A DNA stretch of 64,000 bases from Octopus vulgaris (Eukaryota). Shown here piece by piece: positions 43,050 through 59,029 of the stretch. The notes under the pieces were generated by a model. The model saw only the letters and a program-made list of their open reading frames with translations. It was not told the DNA's origin and made no database searches. The stretch is taken from NCBI GenBank assembly GCA_951406725.2, contig OX597828.1:76632001-76696000 (forward strand), read 5' to 3'. The first letter of the stretch is position 1, and each line of letters begins with the position of its first letter. A program made the position numbers and the translations under genes.

Positions 43050-44300
43050 CCCTCTATTGATCATTATATATAATAATTCTTTCTTCTAACGATTGCTACT
43101 TTTAAGGATTCTTACCTTTGAGGGTTCCCTATTTTGTGTTCTATCTCTAATGAGTCTCACCTTAGCTGGCTGTTATCTCAAATTATTCCTCCCTCTGATT
43201 GTTATTACCTCTAATTACTTTCCCCTGCGTTGGATGTCAATTTAATAGATATTGTGTGATGCTGTACACCACATCTTGAAATCATATTAGCTTTGTCTCT
43301 TTCATGTAATACATGTTCCTATATCAGCCATCTATTGCATTCGCTGAAAGGTTTTTTTAAAGTGTTTTATCTTTTATTCTTTATCATTTTTCATGTGTTT
43401 GGAGGGAGAACTTTAGAAGTATTATCATGCATCTCCGGTTTAATAAGGGCCGCCTCGCCAGTTGAATTTCCATGATGGCGAAACTTTTCTTAAAAGTTCA
43501 ATCGAAGATCTTACTAACAATTCTTTCCCCTTGTTTTAATATTACCGGCAGAATGAAATCTTGAGTGCAACTAAACGGTGAGTAATGCTTGCTTTGCTGG
43601 AATAAGTGATTGGATTATGAGATACGTATGCCTCAGCAGTCTAGTGGATAATATCTTCACTCCATTGGATGTTCCTAGCTCGAATCCAGAACGTAATGTG
43701 AAAACATCGTAGAAAAACGTTTATCTAAACGACGTATAGATATAAATGTTACATCGTTGGCGATAATTTGACAGTTTTAAAATAGATAAATTTGTTAAAG
43801 ATTTCTCATAGGTATAATATTATTCGATTATCAGCTTCACTCAGAGGCTGTTGCCATGCAATGGCGCCACCATTAGCTCTATTTGCTTTTTTAAATCTTA
43901 GATTCACGTCTCGGGTTTCGGTTTCTTCCCCAGAATCGGTCCAGATGATGTAGTGATGTGAACAAAACTGCTCCCCTTTTCCGTCCAATGCTGCGATATA
44001 GAATCATCTGATACATTCGATAAAAAAGTTTGTCCAATTTGAAGAAGTCTACACCTCATTGATCTCTGAAGCGGTTTGATAAGGTATTGAAAACCAGTGG
44101 GTCATTGAACTCCAAAACGTTACTCTATTGGGTTCCTACTCTCAACGAAGTTTTTGGATGGTTAATTAGCTATAGATGCTTTAATTGTATAAACAAAGTT
44201 TCTAAATTTAGATAATCTATATTCTGCTCAATCAGAGTATAAGATTATGAGAAAGGTCTTGGAGCATAAAGCATTGTACTCGATCTTTGTTTTAAATGCA
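43050..44300 (-). mobile_element. Probable ancient Penelope-like RT plus GIY-YIG relic
   Basis: Broken minus-strand peptides in the expected order: YLNLETLFIQ (~SLDV.SLFTN), SDD..W (~YxDD), EHP.GVKILSTRLLRHTYLI (thumb), EH..HH and KVR.SLEIE (endonuclease end); many stops and frameshifts. Confidence 0.4.
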
Positions 44301-44720
44301 TAAAATGTCATCTAGGAAACCTGAAATATATCGTTATGTTAATCCGTATGCTGCAGGCTAAACTGTGATATAAATAGTAATACTATAATTTGTTTATTAC
44401 ATGGAAAGGGGTGTTAAATTGTATTCGTTATTGTGTGGGAAATAATATATATATATATATATATTAAAAGAGTAAATATTAAGTTATAATTGTATAATAT
44501 TTATAACTAAGAATGTGAATGGCATGAGTTTCAACTCCTGCTTCGTTTACTTTTGTGTCTCCATTGAATATTTACACCTTTAATGACCCTGTACATGAGG
44601 TAAGCACCTATATGTGGGCACCTATTCGGGTATTGTTTCTAGCACAGCAACCTAAAACTCGGTCAGTGAATAGTGTCATGATAGATTTGGGATAAACTTC
44701 AGAGATGCTTCACTTGATAC

Positions 44721-44763
44721 CTAGTACTGAGGAGAACTAAAAAGTTCCAAATGTATCAACTGG
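44721..44763 (+). ncRNA. Decayed hammerhead motif
   Basis: ctagta-CTGAGGA-gaac taaaaa gttc-CAAA-tgta-TC-aactgg: P1 and P2 pair, but GAAA is mutated to CAAA. Confidence 0.4.
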
Positions 44764-45379
44764 CTCTGAGCTGACTTTGGTGTTCAAAGAAGATTTAGAC
44801 CTGAGCGAGAAGTTTTTATTTACAGCAAACTGTTGTGGAAAGATTTTACAGGTTCAAATGTTTCTAATATATTTGAACAGGTGTTAAGCGTTTTTGTTTG
44901 TTTCGCGGACGTACCTCTTTCCCCCGTGCACGCATGCAAGCTCGTACACACTCACATAATAACACACACACATATACGCACACGTATGCTGAATTTACCC
45001 AGCAAGAGTATTTAATACAGAGGCGGAATATAGCTATTTATATAGCGCTCACCCAATTCTGAATCATAATTTTCGAGTCTCAAAGGATAATCTGGGAGGT
45101 GTGAAGATATTCATGAACCACAAAATAACTAAACGCTAAAATATTAAACAAACAGAACAGTAGATAACTTTTAAGAATAGATTAATTCCATTTTGAAACA
45201 TAAAAACCGACAGAAAACCAACAGAGGCAAATATGTTTTAACAAAACGTCTAAAGCAATGGTGGTATATTTCTACACTGCGAGAGCAAATGGTCTCCGGA
45301 TCAAAGTATATGTAGTGAATCCTTTAGAGACGATCAATTTATCTTCTTCACTCAGATATGAAATATGAGACTAAGAAAT

Positions 45380-46340
45380 CCACAAAATATTGTATATACT
45401 AACAACAACAAGGAACTAAACAAAGCTATAGAACAATAAAATGACAACTGCAGTACGATAAATACATTAGATACAAAGCTTTCTGAACATACACAAGTCA
45501 TGCGTTATGTACTGGATGCACCATGTAGAGTAAAGTGTACGAGAGATGAATGCATTATTAAAAACCTCGTGAAACACAACACAAAACACATCGCATTAAA
45601 CCATAAATTAAATCTCACAATATTCAGTGGAGTAAGTGAATATTCAACCTCTTTATAAATTTGCCACAAAAGCACTTTAAACTTTCCAAAGAATATTGAT
45701 CTCTAAGCTTCACATGTTTTGCAAGTTCGAGAATTAATTACACATTTCATTACGTATTTAAGTGAAGTGTTAATGTCCAGTAGATGTTGATATATTGAAG
45801 CAAGAAGACAATTGAATTTATTTTATTATATCTTTTTAATTTATAGCTTATAAATGTGATTGTTTCGGCGGCTGTTCGGCCAACAATGCTTGAGATCATC
45901 TGTAACCATCTCTCGCTTGTTGACTGACCCATCAATTAAAACTTCAAAGTAAAGGTCTGTGAATTAATCTCTATTTTTTGCATGGATTAAGATAAGGTTC
46001 TAAAGAGACCAATTTTTGAAATGCTGCTGTGTATTTCCTTCCTCCACCAAACAAAAATCAGGAAAACTGAATATCACTTTTTTAAAAATCGATCTGCAAA
46101 CATAAAACTATGGACCTGCTAATGATGTCCAATTTGGGTTGAAATTTGTATTACGAACAATAAAGTTGAAGCCTTCGGGATTCCAACTGTATTACTGGTC
46201 ATACAACGACGGCAATCCAGCATTTACAACAAAGACTAACAATTATGCATCACACTCGAAAGCATTAAACAAATCCAGATAAGAAGGCATTCATTAGTGG
46301 ACAACACATGAATACTTTTACGGAACTCCTAACAAATATG
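45380..46340 (+). mobile_element. Possible decayed L1/Tx1-like RT relic
   Basis: KELNKAIEQ at ~45410 and NPDKKAFISGQHMNTFTELL at ~46272-46331 resemble the EL..AI and PDQ.GFI.GR motifs. Confidence 0.35.
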
Positions 46341-46437
46341 GCTCTTAAGTAACAAATGTAACATATATAACACACCACAATAAACAGAGTTAACAGAGTT
46401 AGAAACAAAACAAAATAGCAGCTGTCTGATGGCGTGT

Positions 46438-46750
46438 AGAGATCCTCTTCAGTCACGAACGAGTGTGGAATTATAGCTAAAAAGTCTCCCTCCGAGACAC
46501 ATGTCCGGGCAAGGTTGTTTGTGAAAGATCAACAGTCGCCCATGCATGCTAGTCTCCTCTCTCCATACCACCGTTGTGGCGCAAGGGAAAGGCAAACACA
46601 GCTTGCCGCTAGTAACGTCGCACCTCATTTTTGCCAGTTCTGTGAACTGAAACCATTTGAAATAAAGGGTCTTGCTCAAGAACACAAAACACAGCTCTGT
46701 CTAGTAATCGAACTCAGAACCTCACGATTGTAAGATCGACTCTGTAACTA
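46438..46750 (-). mobile_element. SINE family C, diverged
   Basis: Reverse complement of 35408-35744 (cttgctcaagaacac, tcacgattgtaag). Confidence 0.82.
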
Positions 46751-47227
46751 TGTAACTACTGGTCCAAGTACCTTTACACATAAGGTTAGCGTGTAAAATT
46801 TGTATTCCACCAATCAGATTAGTCCTGTTTACAGTTAAGGGGGAATTATAAACCAACAACACTTCATCCTGACGATGAGGATACAAATCTGGAATCTTCG
46901 TAGATCGATTTAGAATCTGTTGAGGGAGGAACACAAGAACAATATGGAAAAAGAAGTAGTTAAAAGGGACAAAATCCGAACTGGCGGTAGGTTCCATGTA
47001 ACAGAAAATACTTTATATGGATGTATATATGACACTTGAGTAAAACTTTTGCACAAATAATTGCACATGACGCCAAATACTAAAACACATGAAATGAGGA
47101 ACGAAGGTATACATACTACCAATCGGTGAATACAGAAATGAAGGATGGAAAATACGAATTCCATAATAGAGTCGGCATCAGTTGCCGATGGTGAAATTTG
47201 AAAACAAATGTCTGTCTACCTAGCTTC

Positions 47228-47274
<47 letters not shown>

Positions 47275-47542
47275 CGTGTTTGTGCATGTTTGTGTGTGTG
47301 CGTGCGTGTGTGTGTGTGTGTGATCAAAGAAAATGTCGAAAGTAACTAGTAAGTATCAGCTTCTTCCCAGGCATCAGTCTGATGAGAGCAAGTAAACCTG
47401 AACTTCGAAGTCACTCTCAAATTTCTAAACATGGATAAATCTTTGGTACTTTATGGAAAAGTATTGAGTTATCCTCAAAGTAATGTAATGCATCTTATAT
47501 CTTAAACATCAGACACACAAACACACTATATGCAGTTATCTA

Positions 47543-47577
<35 letters not shown>

Positions 47578-48703
47578 GTAACGTGTATGTGTGTGTACAT
47601 ATACACATTTAACAACATACAAATATATGCTCATACCACACACGCACACACAATATATGATATATAATATATATAATATATAGGAACATTTGCATATATA
47701 TACTTATATATACAATTATACACATTTACATACACGCAGACGGTTTTATATACGCAGACATATAAGTCATTACACATCTGCATGCAACATATTGTCGTTT
47801 GTACGCATTTATATATGTGTGTGTGTGTATATATATGTGTGTATGAGTGTGTATGTGTGTGTGTGTGTGTGTGCGTGTATATATATATATCCGTAAATAT
47901 CATCGGTGTGTCTATCTAAGTCGCTATCTAACAAGCTTATCCATTTCTGTCTGTGCAGCAGAGATAATGAATTGCACCGAGTTAGTAGCGTTGCTCGTGG
48001 TAAATGTTGATTAAAGGAAGTTCTCCGCTCGCTTCACTATTGAGATTACGAAATCTCATTTGTAAGAGGCTCACACAGATTCCTGTTTGCTCTAATAAGT
48101 AAGACATCAATCTCTCTAATGAGTAGAGAATTTTGCAGAAAGTTGCTGTGGAGAGAGAATGGAAGGCTTCAGGGTGTTTTCCTCGGATAATAATTAAGTA
48201 GGGTACCCCGTGGGAATTAGACAGTTTGTAAGTTGAATGTAGGAAGACGAATAAATCTGATGCAATGTTCGGGAAGCAGTCTCTATTCAGTGTTACTGTT
48301 GTCGTTGTTGTTCTTGGTTATGGTGGTGATGGTGGAGTCGATGGTGGTGGTGATGGTGGTGGTGATGCTGGTACTAACGGTTTCGTAGAAGTGATTCAAT
48401 GTCGATATTTACTAATTTCATTTTATATTCAAATTTCAATTCACAATAGAATCTCCGTTGCCTTTCATCCTCGTGGGATCGATAAATTGTTGGTGTCGAG
48501 TACAGAGCAAAGAGCTTCAATTAAACCTACAGTATGACATGAGCAATATACGTGGTCTTATGCTATTAGAGAATAAAGTGAACGCGTTCAAATCCCTCTT
48601 GGGTTGACTTCGTCATTATTCCAACCTCGATAAAATAAATTCGAATAAATTAAGTTCTTAACAGAGACCTCTCTGATTCATTACTCCACAATCCGTGAAG
48701 AAG

Positions 48704-48915
48704 TATTTTTTTCTACTCTAGGCACACGGCCCGAGATTTTGTGGCGAGGGGGCCAGTCGATTACGTCGACCCCAGGACGCAACTGGTACTCAATTTATCG
48801 ACCCCGAAAGGATGAAAGTCGATCTCGGCGGAATTTGAACTAAGAACGTAACGGCAGACGAAATACGGCTACGAATTTCGCCCGGCGTGCTAACCTTTCT
48901 GCCAGATTGCCGCCT
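48704..48915 (-). mobile_element. Deu/Nin-domain-like SINE, monomer
   Basis: aactggtactcaatttatcgaccccgaaaggatgaaag...ctcggcggaatttgaact...cccggcgtgctaac. Confidence 0.88.
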
Positions 48916-49445
48916 TCCTTGAAGTAAATATTAGTCAAACTCACACCTACTCATAAATCCCCAGTATCTGACTGTGTGTTGCCTTATTGAATTGGGTAAA
49001 CTGAGAGGCAATACTTAAAAAGAATGGACGCAATTTGAAATTTGTCTTCGGCCTTTTCTCGAATACTTAAAGCTGCATAAATCTTAAACATGGCTCAGCT
49101 AGGAAGTTCAGGTCACGTTAGCCACGACCCCGTACCCCTTTGCCACCGACGGGGTAAATAAAACTATCGTTAATATAGTAGTAATACCAGTTATTTCCAT
49201 GACCACTACTCCAACTATGTGTCAAGTAGTGAGACATATTTCTGCTGAATGTTCGTTTCGGTCGGTCATCGTCGTACCACTCGACGGAGCGGTCATAACC
49301 TCCAAGAGGTGGTTGTCAGCTAAAGCAGAGAACCTCAGGTACCCGGCCGTGGGTCATTTAATTTCGGGCTGCACTGCACAGAATGAAATTTCTTTCAAAT
49401 TCCGAGTTGTATTATACATACATTGTATATGTACATATATACATC

Positions 49446-49487
<42 letters not shown>

Positions 49488-49494
49488 GGTATGT

Positions 49495-49820
49495 AGAAAA
49501 ATACAACATGGACAAGAACGTATAACTCAAGAAAACGATACAATAAACACGGACAGGACATTCGAAACCCTCAGTCTTCAGTCAAGAACCGGATCATCGT
49601 AGTAATTTCGGCTGATTAATCTTGAGATTACTAGATCACGGCCAGCCCTCCAAGAAAAACTAAGCAACGAGCATTAGAAAAACTAAGCTGGGAGCGTAGA
49701 TTTCCTGGAAGAAGGATCGAATGCATACGGACACCAGGACAGCAAAAGGGACGAATATAAAAAACAAAAAAATAATGGAATACAGAAACATGAAATACAG
49801 AAGCATTAACGGTGAAAACA
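49495..49820 (-). mobile_element. Probable PLE-type terminal repeat between (TA)n tracts
   Basis: Minus strand CTGAAGActgagggtttcGAAtGTC is a broken hammerhead-like motif; both sides are (TA)n. Confidence 0.35.
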
Positions 49821-50040
49821 ATATATATATATATATATATATATAAATTAGCAAAAACCACATTTTATCAATTCAAAATGAAAAATTAAATTAGAACATC
49901 GACAAAATTACATATAATAGAAATATTAAATATAAGATAAAAAATATAATGATGATTAAGTAACGTGCAAAATAATAAATAAAACGTATATATTTGGTAT
50001 ATATGTATGTATGTATATATATATATATGTGTGTGTGTAT

Positions 50041-50111
<71 letters not shown>

Positions 50112-50167
50112 TGCGTGTGTGTATGTGTGCTTGTATGTATGTATGTATATATGTGTGTGTGTGTATA

Positions 50168-50223
<56 letters not shown>

Positions 50224-51039
50224 ATATACATATATAAGTATGTATGCATGTATGTATGCCTATATATAATTTCAATACGGAGCAAATCACGAGAAAATTA
50301 AATCCCGAAAAAATAATTTGCGAAAATCGCATTGACGCTGTTATTTTCTAGTGTAGCAATTTAAAAATGATAATAACATAATCAAAATTATAGGCGATTG
50401 CAGGACCCCAAAAAAGGATTAAATAGCTGAAGGGTGAATATTAATCAAAGGACATACTAAATGCGTTTACCTGCTGGAAATAATAGTCAAAAATCTTATT
50501 TATATCGCCAAAATACACTGATAACTAAAGAAATCAACCGTACGAATGCAAACGGGCTAAGACAGTCACCCAACGTACATTCAAGTATTTGAACTCACGT
50601 GGACCGGCTTCTGCACTGACAAAATAGCCTCAGCTTCCTCAGCACACGCTACCATGATAGAGGTTCCCAACCCATCGCGTTGAAGTCTGCGTGTTCAAAA
50701 TAGGTAGTAAAATGAATTCATAATTATTTATAAGTTCATATAGAACCATATATACAGAAATAATTTTTAGACAGGATTTGGTAGGGGAAAGCGTTTATTG
50801 CTTAGTCAGAACTTCCCAAGAAATCATATTTAAATATTTTTACAGAATTTTAGCGGAATGACCAAACTTTTTTCTTCATTTCCAGTCTTATATATAATCA
50901 TGATTTTTGATGAACTCATAAATAATCATGAATTTATTTTACTAACTATTTTAAGCACTTTTATTTAAATTGTTTAAACACAAAGCACTTCTTAACATTT
51001 TCTTATCATTGTCAGAGACTGTGTCACTGTATTTTAATA

Positions 51040-51220
51040 CATCTATGACAACCCATTTTTAACACCACAAAGGCTACACAAACCCTTACATTTTACTTTT
51101 GAAAATCTTTTTTTTTTTTCAAGTGAAACCGGTCAAGTCATTAAACATCTTTAAAACGCCTCTGCATTCCTCTTCCCTATACATTTTCAGTCGTGCGGTA
51201 CCATGAAATTTTACTTTATA
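51040..51220 (+). mobile_element. Diverged single arm of the 24682-25210 family
   Basis: ttacttttgaaaatcttt...agtgaaaccggtcaagtcattaaacatcttt...tcgtgcggtacc...acttta(TA)n. Confidence 0.75.
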
Positions 51221-51290
51221 TATATATATATACATATATATATATTTAATAATGGTGACTTGTTAGCAATTTTTCAGCTGAAAGATATAA

Positions 51291-51443
51291 ATATATTCGT
51301 CACTAAAAGCGACTGAGCATGCTATTCAGTACCAGTATCGTTAGAAAGAAGACGGTACGTTATTCTGGCTATGAGTTGCTTCGACATTTATTACTAGCAA
51401 TACTGCTGCTCAATAGCGCACTCAGTCGCTTTAGTGTAATATA
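51291..51443. mobile_element. Small MITE with ~50-bp TIRs
   Basis: cactaaaagcgactgagcatgctatt..cagtat is mirrored by atactg..aatagcgcactcagtcgctttagtg. Confidence 0.75.
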
Positions 51444-51454
51444 TATACATATAG

Positions 51455-51647
51455 ATTACAATGTAATAATATTAGAAACTAAGTGAATAATATAAAGAAT
51501 GTAATAAGTACATTTTCATTATATATGCAATAATTAAATTATCTATTATGCACACTTGTTTTGCATTAAGCGCGTCGTCCCCTGGTCTGTGATGAAATTG
51601 TCTTGTGTGAAACCGGTTCATGATTCAAAAATGTTTGAGACCGCACT
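51455..51647 (+). mobile_element. hAT-Charlie (MER1-like) 3' end
   Basis: attacaatgtaataatattagaaa...cccctggtctgtgatgaaattgtcttgtgtgaaaccggttc...aaaaatgtttgagaccgc resembles the MER1/Charlie right end as recalled. Confidence 0.6.
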
Positions 51648-51994
51648 CCTAAGTCGGCAAAGGTTCGTGTTGTGTCAGACGTTGTTATACATTTTAAGAA
51701 TTTTTAAAGGAGGGGTTTGTTGATGTAAATGATGACAGTACGTGACTGGTATTTTCTTTTATCGATCCCGAGCTGAGGCAAAGCAAAGTTGATCTCGGCA
51801 GAATTTGAACTCGTAAACCGAAGAATCATGTACCACAAGGTATTATCTAATGATAATAATAATAATCCCTCCATTTTCTCCATCCAATATTGATGCGGAG
51901 ATCGCTGGGTTCGAATTCTCAAGAGCTTCCTCCAGAGGGTCCTTGCAGAAGCCATTAGATTTACAGTCTGGATTGCCGAACGCGACCGAATGAG

Positions 51995-52470
51995 ACAAAA
52001 GATATTATCTGAAGATTTCAGTCTTGGGATACCCCTATGTCACCTGCTGTTTGAGAAAAAGATAAAATAAACGAAGATCATAGACATGGAGATGTCCGAG
52101 TGGATGACAGAGAACGAGCACAGAATGAAAAGTACAAGCAAATAAAAGAGGAGATTGTCCGAAAGTAATTGTAGGGGTACTGGTAGTTGTAGGGGTACTG
52201 GGAATATTAATAGTTGAAGGGGTACTGGGAATATTAATAATCAGATTTGAGAAATCTGAATAATCAGATGTGGAAAAATTGTGATTGACATGAGGGTAGA
52301 ATGTGCCCAGAAAGCTATTTTATTTGGGACGGGGACGACCTTAATATTGCTACTTGAATGTTAAGCATCGTGGAAAGAGACCCTGTGAGACCTTCGACAA
52401 GTTGCCCGCTCTTACGGAATTAGCCGAGATGAAGAGCTCTGAGAAGTGAAGTGGCAATGATAATATGTTT
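51995..52470 (+). mobile_element. Decayed Dong/R4-like RLE and 3' end
   Basis: Peptides KILSEDFS, TKIIDM, GDVRVDDRERAQNEKYKQIKEEIVRK, VVVGVLG (locally triplicated) and CAQKAILFGT occur in the right order. Confidence 0.62.
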
Positions 52471-52901
52471 TTTAAAATAGAGACAATGTGATACATTTGG
52501 AACTGGATTAGTGAATTTCACCGAAGAAGCATTATATTTTATGGAACCCCAGATTAAGGATCAAACTGAAAAAAAAAAACGAAAAAAATTTACAGATCAG
52601 ACTTCAGATCCGAACGTAATGAAACTTAACTAAATGCCACAGTATAATTGCTAACGCTCGTGCTTAATCAATTCTTCAATCCACCACAATTCGACTCAAC
52701 AGCAACAAGAACAACAACATTATTATCTGACATGACAGAAGTCTAAATATAAACACTCAGAAAAATAATTACTCTTTTACCAACACGAAATGTGTTTCTA
52801 TTGTAAACCAAATAAATGTTGCAGATTCTCTCCTTCTCTTCCTCTTCATTATCTATTTCGTCTCTTACTCTTTCCTTATCTTTTGTTTCTTCCTCATCAC
52901 T

Positions 52902-53741
<840 letters not shown>

Positions 53742-55853
53742 GAGCTTCCCATTATTCCTACTCGTACTACTCCCCCTCTCACTCCCACTCCTGCTGGTGA
53801 TTCTCTTTATTTCGCTTTATATTTTGTGTTGGGATTTTCCTGCTTATATCTTTCCTCATCGTCGCTATTCCCATCGCCACCACCCACCATCACGAACACC
53901 GCCCGCATCATTATTAGCATTCCTCCTCCTCCTCCTCTCCTCCATCATCATCGTCATCACCGCCCCACCCATTCATTATCAGCATCGTCAACGCCATATT
54001 CACTATAAACACTAGTTTTTTTGTTTTGTTTTGTATTTTTTCTAATCAAGCAAAATGGATTTTAAATTTATTGCAAAAATCTGATTAGCAAACAGTTTTT
54101 TATTCAGTACGTTAATCAATGAAGGAAATAACATAACAACAACAACAAACAGTTTTAGCTATGAGGGGGAGGAGGACTTTGTAATTTTTTTTACAGGATA
54201 TTTTCTTTTGTAATATTTCTTTTTGTGTTTTTTCTATTCGCTTTACGGCTTTTGGTTTTCGTTTTACGATTTTGTTTTTTGGTTCGTTTTACATTTTTCT
54301 GTGTTTTTGAATGTATTTTTTTCGTAATTCACTTTTGTTTTGCTTTAATTTCTATCGTCTGTTGATAGAAACTTGTATTTCTCATCATTTGTTGGTTTAC
54401 ATTATTTGTCTTCGCTTTTGTTGGTGTATTTTTCTTGTGTTCTTTCTGTTATTGTTATTTTTCTTTTTGTCTTTTATAACAGTGGAACTGTTTGCGTTGT
54501 TGATTTTGTTCATGTGAGAAAGATAATGATAACTGCTTTTCTGCTGTTGCTGTTGGTGATGAGGGTGGATATTGCTGCTGTTGGTGCTGTGCGTTTTTAA
54601 AACTACAATCTGAATCAGTAGTATTACGATGAAAGGTATATTCCAACCGTGACCACCTCATTTACTTGCTAATTTGTCTAGGAGTCGCTAGTAACTTTCA
54701 TCGATTTATTGTTGCCTGCATTTTTGGTCTATGATCATCATATTTAATGATAATGAAGTAATAATGACAAAGTACTGATTACATATTTCCAACTACGACA
54801 TTCGTTTTATCGAGTGAAGTATGAAGTTCTCTGTGTGGTTGTATACAGAAAGTTTCAGATGTTGCTGGGAGGATGACACGTTACCAAATATGATGAGATC
54901 AGTAAGCAGTGTCGCATTCGACTCCCACATTTCTACAGTTAATACCGACGAAACGTCCACTCGATTTGCCCAGGGCGTCAATAGGCTTGTCGAAACGCGC
55001 GTTTGTTATATAAAGCTGAAAAATATCAAAAATGTTTCCGGCATTTTTCACTAGTATATAGCTAGATACGGCCACAGGTGTACACGTACACAAATATACA
55101 TAATGTATTGGAAGCACAATTGTATCATAGTTTTATTTTCCTTTAAAAATTTTACACATTTTCTTACAAGTTCTTTCTAGATTCTTTCACTTTCACAGTC
55201 TCATCTTCAGTAAGGAGTTATGTTGATGTATGTATTGCTCCCGTTTTATTGTTTGTAGGTAAGGATATATGATTGGTTTAGATATTGTTGTTGGACATTT
55301 GTCTTTGCGACTGGTGTATGATATTTTTGTATATATTCGGGAATCCTGATACGTTGCCAATATTGCTTCCACTTCTGATTGTTTATTTTCGGTGAGGATT
55401 TCTCTAACATGATGATACACTAAGTTTTGTTCTTATGCTTTGTGCCATAAGAGATAAAAATTGTTCTTTGCATTTAACAAACGGCATCCTAAAACCAAAA
55501 TCCTCATAGACGAATCTATAGAACAATAGCGAAATAAATGAAATGCCGTAAACCTAGAAGAGGTTACTATAAAGTAGATTAACATAATCCCAAGCGTCGG
55601 CAAATAGAAACTAGCATATGTAATATCACACCATAAATTAACACAAGTATACTACAAAACGTACTAAAATTATAAACCATATTAGCAAACCATAAAGACA
55701 GGTGCTTGCGAACACGATACTAAAGAACAAAGTGATTGCACATACACACACACGCACACACACACACATACACACGCAAACATACAAACACACACACACA
55801 CACATACACACGCAAACATACAAACACACACACACACACACACATACACACAT

Positions 55854-55892
<39 letters not shown>

Positions 55893-55974
55893 AATATATA
55901 TATATTTATTTATATATATATGTATATGTATATACACACACACACATATATATATATGTAAATATATATATATT

Positions 55975-56040
<66 letters not shown>

Positions 56041-56094
56041 AATACACGTACATACATACATACATACATATATGCCTATGCACATATTAATACG

Positions 56095-56400
56095 TGGAGG
56101 CACATGGCCTAGTGGTTAGAGCAGCGGACTCGCAATCGAAGGATCGCGGGTTCGAATCTCAGACCTGGCGATGTGTTTGTTTATGAGCGAAACACCTAAG
56201 CTCCACGCGGCTCCGGCAGAAGGTAATGGCGAACTTCTGCTGATTCTTTCGCCACAACTTTCTCTCACTCTTTTCTCCTGCATCTTGCAGCTCATCTGTG
56301 ACGGAGCGGCGACCCGTCCAGGTGGGGACCTATACGCCAAGATACCGGGAAACCAGCCCTTATGAGCCAGGCATGACAAGAGAAGGAACAAACAACAACA
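56095..56400 (+). mobile_element. tRNA-derived SINE family D
   Basis: tggcctagtggttagagcagcggactcgc (A box), gggttcgaatctc (B box), distinct body, (AAC)n tail. Confidence 0.85.
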
Positions 56401-56438
56401 CATAAATACGCGTACGCAAACATACACATATATAAGCA

Positions 56439-56850
56439 GGCGCAACCGTGGCTGTGTGGTAAGAAGCTTGCTTCCCAACCACGTAGCTCTTGGTTCAATC
56501 CCACTCTGCGACACCTTGGGCGAATGTCTTCTATTATAACCACAGGCCGACCAAAAACTTGTGAGTGGATAAGTTGGACGGAAACGGAAAGAATCTCGTA
56601 TGAGTGTGAGTGTGTGTGTGTGTTTGTGTCTATGTGTGTGTGTGCGTCTATGTGTTTGTCTACGTTCGTACAACCCCGACTGGTACTGTTACTTTTACGT
56701 CCCCGTAAAATAGCGCTTCGGCTAATTAGTCCCATATGATAAGTATAGGCTTAAAAGGCAAATACTGCAGTCGATTCGTTCGACTATAATCCTTCAACGC
56801 GGTGCTCCAGCATGGTCGCAATCCCTGGAAAAAGTAAAAAAATAAAAGAA
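56439..56850 (+). mobile_element. SINE family A, older subfamily
   Basis: ggcgcaaccgtggctgtgtggtaagaagcttgc head and gcggtgctccagcatgg tail. Confidence 0.88.
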
Positions 56851-56915
56851 AATGATAAGAGTGTGCGCGTGTGTAAGATATATATATATATATAGATATA
56901 TATATATATATATAT

Positions 56916-57731
<816 letters not shown>

Positions 57732-58777
57732 CCATCTCTGTGTCATAACGTATATCCAACTTTGACAATGAAGATACTTCGTATTTTCTCTGAGTTAATA
57801 TGCTTATAAACGTAACGTGTTAAAAACAAGATATATATCGGAGGGAGACGAAATATAATCCCGGCAGTCTCTGCGAGGACAGGCAAGTTGCATTTTAGCC
57901 TCCTTGGTTGTTATGGGCAGGGTAGACTCACGGCTGTATGGCTAGGGAAAATAAGTGTCGTTTCCGATATATAAGGGACAGTGCCAAATAGATTCATTAG
58001 TAGTGCAAATAGACAGCGAGTTGAATAAAACAACGGTGTACGCAGCAGTGAATGCGTTTTGCATTTGTAATCAATAGATGAAATATTAAAAGCATTTCAA
58101 TATGCATCCACTCATTCCAAAGGTGAATAAACATATTGTGCACGAAATAAACACTCAAAACGCAAAGGGATGCTCGTTTAGTCCAAATAAATCCCTTCCT
58201 CCTCTCTAGCAGTGTATGATTGTCACGAGATGTGGCGAAGGAATTTTGAAAATTTGCTGTTCCAAAGAACTGCAAGAAATTCATAGCGAATATCAAAACA
58301 TTAATCATCAAAAATAATTACAGACGAAAGCCATGTTTTCAACTTGTGCCAAAGAAGGTTGTTCTTTGTTTCAGAGTGTCCCTGCCGTGTGGGGACGCAG
58401 TGAGAACAGCTAAGGGCTCCCTTATTCCGTTGGTTTTACATGCTAATGAACCCATAGCTGGAATTAGAGTAGACTTAAGAACGATAGAGTCTTTAGAGAT
58501 GGTTCCACTTTCGTGAAAAGGCTAGATCTCTCGAAACATGGCCCAATTATGGGATGCGGTTTAAAGTCACGACCGGGACAAGCATACATATGATCATACA
58601 TACATACACACACACACACACGTACACACACGTATATATATGCGTTTTTGTATGTGTGTGTGTGTTTTCGTCCGTCTGTGTGAGCGTGTGTATGTGTGTT
58701 TCTGTAAGTATATGCATGTGAGTGTATACAGATACATAGATAACTAGATAGATAGATAGAATGATAGATAGAAAGAG

Positions 58778-58859
<82 letters not shown>

Positions 58860-59029
58860 GCTGATATTTATGTATGTTTGTATGTATGATTATTTTCCAA
58901 ATATTTTTCTATTGGTGTAGTTTTCCATGATTGTACAGCCTAAAACGTTTCGCGATTATGCACGCCCAACACCGGTTATATATATATATATATATATATA
59001 TACTTTATTTTAAGCAGCAGAAAATTCAA

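Noticed and set aside
55193-55420. 75-aa minus-strand ORF, possibly a LINE 3' relic
   Set aside because: Only vague resemblance to Dong ends; no diagnostic motif.
56095-56172. tRNA gene (also the heads at 10246, 35408 and 38275)
   Set aside because: A and B boxes are present, but each head continues into a SINE body and lacks a clean acceptor stem.
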